DNA from: a virus
Direction: 5' to 3' (one strand)
Virus record (IMG/VR): IMGVR_UViG_3300007735_000784
Coordinates: 7,238 to 71,237 of that record
DNA: 64,000 bases
Of this stretch, positions 60,201-64,000 are shown piece by piece (the first letter of the stretch is position 1; each line of letters starts with the position of its first letter). The position numbers and the translations under genes were made by a program. The notes beneath the pieces were generated by a model. That model ran no database searches. It was not told where the DNA came from and was given only the letters and a program-made list of their open reading frames with translations.

Positions 60201-61899
60201 GGCATTTTATGGAATAGTTGGGGAGCAGGTAGATAAGAACTTGGGAAGCCAATATGTACAACTAAACAAATTAGCTAATGACGCTTACCAATTAAATCCA
60301 GATTGGAAGATAGGTAGCGTTACATTAACAAATACCGGTAAAATTTCTACAGAGTTTGGCCGAGGCATACTCCAAATGGGAGAAAGCCTTGGAGGATTAG
60401 TTTCATTTTTGGGAGGATGGGAATTAGGAAATCAGCTAACAGATACCTACCAACAATACAATGCAGACAATCCTCAATTAAATACAGGGGATATAAAATT
60501 AGCAGACTTTTTAAACCCTGATTTTTATATAGCCAACTTAGTTCCGTCAATGCCAATGGCTATTACATTTACAGGGATAGGATTAATAACAGGAGGGGCA
60601 GCAGGAGGAGTAGCAGAAAGTATTGGTGCATCGGGAGTAGGTAAGACTATATTTCAAGGTGTGGCAGGATCATTTATGGAAACGCCATTAATGGCTCTTA
60701 GCGAAGCTGGTTCAGATTTTACAGAGCAAATAAACAATGGAGTATCAGTAGATGTAGCAGCTAATCAAGCAGCAGATACGTTTGCCGGAAACATGAGTTT
60801 ATGGTATATGAATGTAGGGCAGCTAATGATGGCGTTTACCCCACTAGGTAAAATGAAAGGTATTAAATCAGCCTTATTAAAAGCACCAGCAGGTATATTC
60901 ACAGAAGGAGCAGAGGAAGTATATCAAGGCCATTTAACCCAACATAACCCATATCAGACCTTATTAGATTATGCCTTTAGCCCAATGGGTAAGAAGGAAT
61001 TTGTAATAGGTGGAGTAATGGGATTAGCATTTTCGGCACCAGACGTAGCATCTACAATAGCCGGAAAGGATGATAAATTTAGTAGTGCATTAATGTACGA
61101 TATGCTTATGGCTGGAGATATGGCTACAGAGTACAATCGTATTAAGCAAGGATTAGATTTAATGAAGGTAAGGGATCAAATAGCCCCTGAGAAATATGAT
61201 GCAGCAATGCAGCAATTAGAGTTTGCGTTGTTAAAAGGCAGAGAAATCCCAGAGAATTTAAAGCCAGAGCAGAAGCAAAACATATTCTCAATATTATCAG
61301 ACATTAATAAGATTGAGCAGGTAAAAGCGACTACTACCGATCCGACTTTAATAAAAACATATGATAAAGAAATAGGGGCATTAGAAAAGCAGGTACAGGA
61401 AACAATGGCCGGAACTCAGCCTATGTATTTTATAGGCAGGGTATCTTATCCTAAAGACCAATTTGAGCAATTAATAGAAGACCCAGATGTAGCAGCCCAA
61501 ATAATAAATGGGGAAACCACAGTTGGCGTTTACAATGATGATGCAGTAAAATCTAAAATAGAAGCACTATATGATACAGAAAACAAAAACGGGGTACAAG
61601 GTGGTATCCAAGACGGGCAAGAACTTGTCGAAGGGGAACTTGACAAAGGAGCAGGCGGAGAGGAGATTAGCCCAAGTGGAGTGGTACAAAACGAAGAAGG
61701 AGTCGTAGACATCACCCCAGAAGATCAAGAATTTGTGGATATTTTTGAAGAAGCTAAAGGATATACCGGATTACGTAAGATAGAGGCAATGGATGAGTTA
61801 AAAACAAAAAATTCTGCTAAATTTGCACAAGTATCTTTCATAGACAATAACCTTGACGTTATAGCTGAAAAGTTAAATATTAAAAAAGATTGTAAGTAA
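57214..61899 (+). CDS. Large internal virion/ejection protein
   Basis: 1561 aa, repeated E-x-GG motifs, GPGHEKGGI, hydrophobic Gly-rich segment, EGAEEVYQ; promoter TATATTTG 57190-57197. Confidence 0.55.
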   Translation: MKPVPISNKIANQWNEFLDYFNEKAYNILPKNGDKPKWELLDTNQGWDNLGYSGAEDFYQKTLNEFKNQKGYTAADDLTLEHIPVIQKHFDELANTVQSDPEYFNNIMLPMLRNVSNSGDRKMEVIYNPEDMGLYNSSTNQVNTSFASSGNVNPTGWVGSKSRLMRLPFKDLLNSAKSDKDVTPISKGQFVPASFNQGEPFYKKAKFGVINTMEYGGKLEDGGKLGSAEQIQATKKILLQNKDKEFVKRIFDPNTMAPANLGGGEFGTHLMEYASDDQGHLVYPRIVNINGKLTELSSDDAYNHAIKTGEFIRTPDKNIAAYISTNGYKEAAGWNKGTFEEGGELEEEVEVTGEGELEEVSEEISKAKGPGHEKGGIDLNTGDEIRGDETVNVKKGMVFSASLINPETNNPFAKDHEALAKQMKEVEGRTEKWAVKKLSVLKEKEHELFEKQQTLNGNNGEDEEEGEEMEDGGLTDGDPPAKAKSKVPQIRYFVANEKTYAVNPKKYDQFIKEFPEAKEYEKLSDNTLVEATSPLAKAGQKKNEPLSKAATTTKTTTQPTDGFKADWNIVKDLLPQEKVDIVQTQEVPDQLGGLDIQEHKDLYKEVIPLVEKIGANKFIEPLIGEQQKELIGTQNPFSKITTFGVFNDIIKDQIRANYDPETQKLVDQYGPEYERIFQGAARIIRDEENSFVGKKILEELYKQEQGILQYEKSRANEGENVGTIIPANVETSKGFDYSFEDLVSKFKGIKLTDEKGKVIDTNNITPSQLKEIEAYVKNSYQTFRNLKIEGDNLNKTVEAIANGKNEFMTGQYDENGLYVGEKMVKVDENNPLYAQAKDAIDQGIIPKDSDFWKGFLDKSNNVNQKYTKIYSDLQTTIDIDTKASKLALQKEDAEFTNSAIPRLEQAQADIQNKIDKGEISFEAGSLLLEQTESAINQQRTQIYDKWSKKINANIQQQMKLVNESYNKELKDMFTNSVYEGLDISKVDEQYINKSLQAFYGIVGEQVDKNLGSQYVQLNKLANDAYQLNPDWKIGSVTLTNTGKISTEFGRGILQMGESLGGLVSFLGGWELGNQLTDTYQQYNADNPQLNTGDIKLADFLNPDFYIANLVPSMPMAITFTGIGLITGGAAGGVAESIGASGVGKTIFQGVAGSFMETPLMALSEAGSDFTEQINNGVSVDVAANQAADTFAGNMSLWYMNVGQLMMAFTPLGKMKGIKSALLKAPAGIFTEGAEEVYQGHLTQHNPYQTLLDYAFSPMGKKEFVIGGVMGLAFSAPDVASTIAGKDDKFSSALMYDMLMAGDMATEYNRIKQGLDLMKVRDQIAPEKYDAAMQQLEFALLKGREIPENLKPEQKQNIFSILSDINKIEQVKATTTDPTLIKTYDKEIGALEKQVQETMAGTQPMYFIGRVSYPKDQFEQLIEDPDVAAQIINGETTVGVYNDDAVKSKIEALYDTENKNGVQGGIQDGQELVEGELDKGAGGEEISPSGVVQNEEGVVDITPEDQEFVDIFEEAKGYTGLRKIEAMDELKTKNSAKFAQVSFIDNNLDVIAEKLNIKKDCK

Positions 61900-62384
61900 T
61901 GAAAAAAGCATTAATCAAAGAAGAAGTTTGTAACCTCCTAAACAAGGCATTAGGCAAGGAACTTTACGTTTCTAACCTATACAAACACGTTGCAAATCAG
62001 CTACAAACGCTAGGATATTTCGGAACTCAAAAATACTTCTTAGGTGAGAGTGCTGAGGAGTTAACCCATTATCAGAAGATAGTAGACTATCTAAATGATA
62101 TGGGAGATACGGCAAAGATGCCAGAAGTGCCGGCAATGACCGAGAAGATAGGAAGTATTGGAGATGCGCTAAAGTTGGCGTTTGACCAAGAGATAGCCCT
62201 TATGAACTTCTACGCTTCAATGTGTGATAAGGTAGACCACATAACATATCAATTCTTATTGCAGTTTATTGAGATACAGAGAACATCAGTAGGGCAGTAT
62301 GGAGATTTAATAGCCAGGTATGAAAAGTTGGCCGGAGATACTTGTGGATTTATAATCTTTGACCAAGAAATGAATGGCTTGTAA
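61899..62384 (+). CDS. ftn: Ferritin-like protein
   Basis: ELYVSNLY, GYFG...YF..ESAEELTH..KI.DYLND.G, FLLQFIEIQ ferroxidase-type pattern. Confidence 0.8.
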   Translation: MKKALIKEEVCNLLNKALGKELYVSNLYKHVANQLQTLGYFGTQKYFLGESAEELTHYQKIVDYLNDMGDTAKMPEVPAMTEKIGSIGDALKLAFDQEIALMNFYASMCDKVDHITYQFLLQFIEIQRTSVGQYGDLIARYEKLAGDTCGFIIFDQEMNGL

Positions 62385-64000
62385 ATACTACGTTAACGGA
62401 AAGTGGATAACAGAGGTAGAATTTAAGGCACATCTTTTAGGTGGGGCCTTAGAAAACGCTATTAATAGTGGCGTTGAGATAGAAGGGTATCCTAAAATGG
62501 AAGCTAAAGATAGCGTTTCAGATGAGGACTACCCAGAATCAGTACTATCTGATGAAGAAGAACTATCAGAAGAAGAAAGAGTACAAAAGGAACGGGATAT
62601 GTTTGGTGAATATATCCAACAGGAAGCCCCACAAGAATTTACAGAAGATGAATTAGACCAGATAACATCCTCCTATTATATGGATGATGAAGGCGTTGTT
62701 CGTGATTATGACGGGGATGAAACAACAATCGAAGCAGTAGTTGAAAAGGCCAAGGAGTTAAAGCAAGGAACAATATTTGAAACAGGTGATGGTAAATATC
62801 GGTTTGTTAGAGAAGGAGAAGATATTGTAATGAAAGATGCCCAAGGTAGAACAATTACAGCTCCTAAATATAAAACCATTAAGGGTAAAAAGATTAAAAT
62901 AGAGCCTTCAACTAACGTTGCATATATAGATCAACGCTTAATTAATAAATATAATCAGGAAAGACTAGGCGAAGGATTAGAAGAAGGTCAAAGTATTCAA
63001 GCCAACCCTGCAAATCCAGAGGATAGGTTAATAATAGCCGAAGATTCTACAAACCCTCAGCAAATAAAAGAAGCCTGGGAGCAAGAAAAAATGTCATTAA
63101 GGGATGAGGTAGATCAAAATGATAAAATATATGATGCGGTAGCCACTTATGGCGTTAGAGCAAAGGACTTTCAAAGATATGGTGATAATAAATTAGTTAA
63201 AGATGGTTCTGTTTCAGCGTTAGGGTGGTTTTCATCCCAAGCATTACCGATGGATATAATGGCTCAGCAAATAGGAGTTGAAATAGAAGATATAATTTCA
63301 TTTATTAAAAAATATAACAAGGGGCCTAATCAATATAAGGCTGAACGTGAATATACTCTAAAAGCATTAGCTGATAAATATAAGCAGGTAACAGGCGTTG
63401 ATATTAAGACTAAAGTTAAGCCGGTGGCTAAACCCGAAGCTAAAGTTAGCGTTTCAAAAGAGGAACCAATAACAGCCGAAGAAGTAAAGAAGGAAATAGA
63501 AGAAGAAAAGATAGTAGATGATGCAATAGCCAAAAAGAAAAAAGAAATAGCTGATAGGTTAAAAAACGCATTAAAGAGTAAACCTAGAACTATTAAATGG
63601 ATTGATGAGAATGGAAATGAAATAGAATCTCCAATAACAAAGCTAGGAATAGGGTTGAATGAGTGGAACGACTTAGTTGATGTATTTGCAGAAGCATTTG
63701 CAAGTGCAGTAGTAAAAGGGCAAAAATATAAAATAGCATTAAAGGCCACCCTTGAATATTTAAGAGATTTAGATTCATTTAAGGCATTAGGGGAATCTGA
63801 ACGTGAGGCTATTGAGCAGGATTTAAAGCAATTCCTAAAAGAAAATAGTGGCGTTAAATTTAAGAAAGTAGAGAAGAAGCCTGGAGTTAGCCAAGCTAGA
63901 ACCAAGATAGCATCAGCCGAAGAAGGCGTTTCAGAAGAAGTTAAAAGTAAATTCTCCTTAACTTATCTCAGGGATAGCATTAAAAATATGACCCAATCAG
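62374..64000 (+). CDS. Large protein, N-terminal part, runs off the window (not in ORF track)
   Basis: ATG 62374 MACKYYVNGKWITEVEFK..., no stop seen before the window end. Confidence 0.7.
   Translation, partial: MACKYYVNGKWITEVEFKAHLLGGALENAINSGVEIEGYPKMEAKDSVSDEDYPESVLSDEEELSEEERVQKERDMFGEYIQQEAPQEFTEDELDQITSSYYMDDEGVVRDYDGDETTIEAVVEKAKELKQGTIFETGDGKYRFVREGEDIVMKDAQGRTITAPKYKTIKGKKIKIEPSTNVAYIDQRLINKYNQERLGEGLEEGQSIQANPANPEDRLIIAEDSTNPQQIKEAWEQEKMSLRDEVDQNDKIYDAVATYGVRAKDFQRYGDNKLVKDGSVSALGWFSSQALPMDIMAQQIGVEIEDIISFIKKYNKGPNQYKAEREYTLKALADKYKQVTGVDIKTKVKPVAKPEAKVSVSKEEPITAEEVKKEIEEEKIVDDAIAKKKKEIADRLKNALKSKPRTIKWIDENGNEIESPITKLGIGLNEWNDLVDVFAEAFASAVVKGQKYKIALKATLEYLRDLDSFKALGESEREAIEQDLKQFLKENSGVKFKKVEKKPGVSQARTKIASAEEGVSEEVKSKFSLTYLRDSIKNMTQS

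Overview
A 64-kb segment of an AT-rich tailed dsDNA phage, very probably infecting Bacteroidota (repeated TTTG-N18-20-TAnnTTTG promoters, no Shine-Dalgarno motifs). Gene order: glycan-modification and lysis genes, YqaJ/ERF/SSB recombination module, Gly-rich/collagen fibre genes with a GT2-TPR glycosyltransferase, a minus-strand block of small (probably early) genes, a ~1-kb non-coding divergence point, an accessory region, primase-helicase, tandem GroES-like protein, then a podovirus/crAss-like morphogenesis module (TerL, portal, scaffold, MCP, ring and tail-stabilisation proteins, large ejection-type proteins, ferritin). Two signals are not explained by the gene list. (1) At 25008-29599 there is an integron-like array of nine cassettes separated by TAAC...GTTA hairpin elements. 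The two ends of each cassette are complementary to each other rather than to their neighbours, which is the footprint expected of excision and shuffling. Cargo includes three different DNA methyltransferases and a Pth2-like hydrolase, and no recombinase is visible in the window. (2) A ~20-bp quasi-palindrome, AAACGC-N8-GCGTTT (core YAAAGTTR), is scattered in dozens of copies across the window, including inside unrelated ORFs. All protein calls come from motif recognition by eye; no database searches were run.
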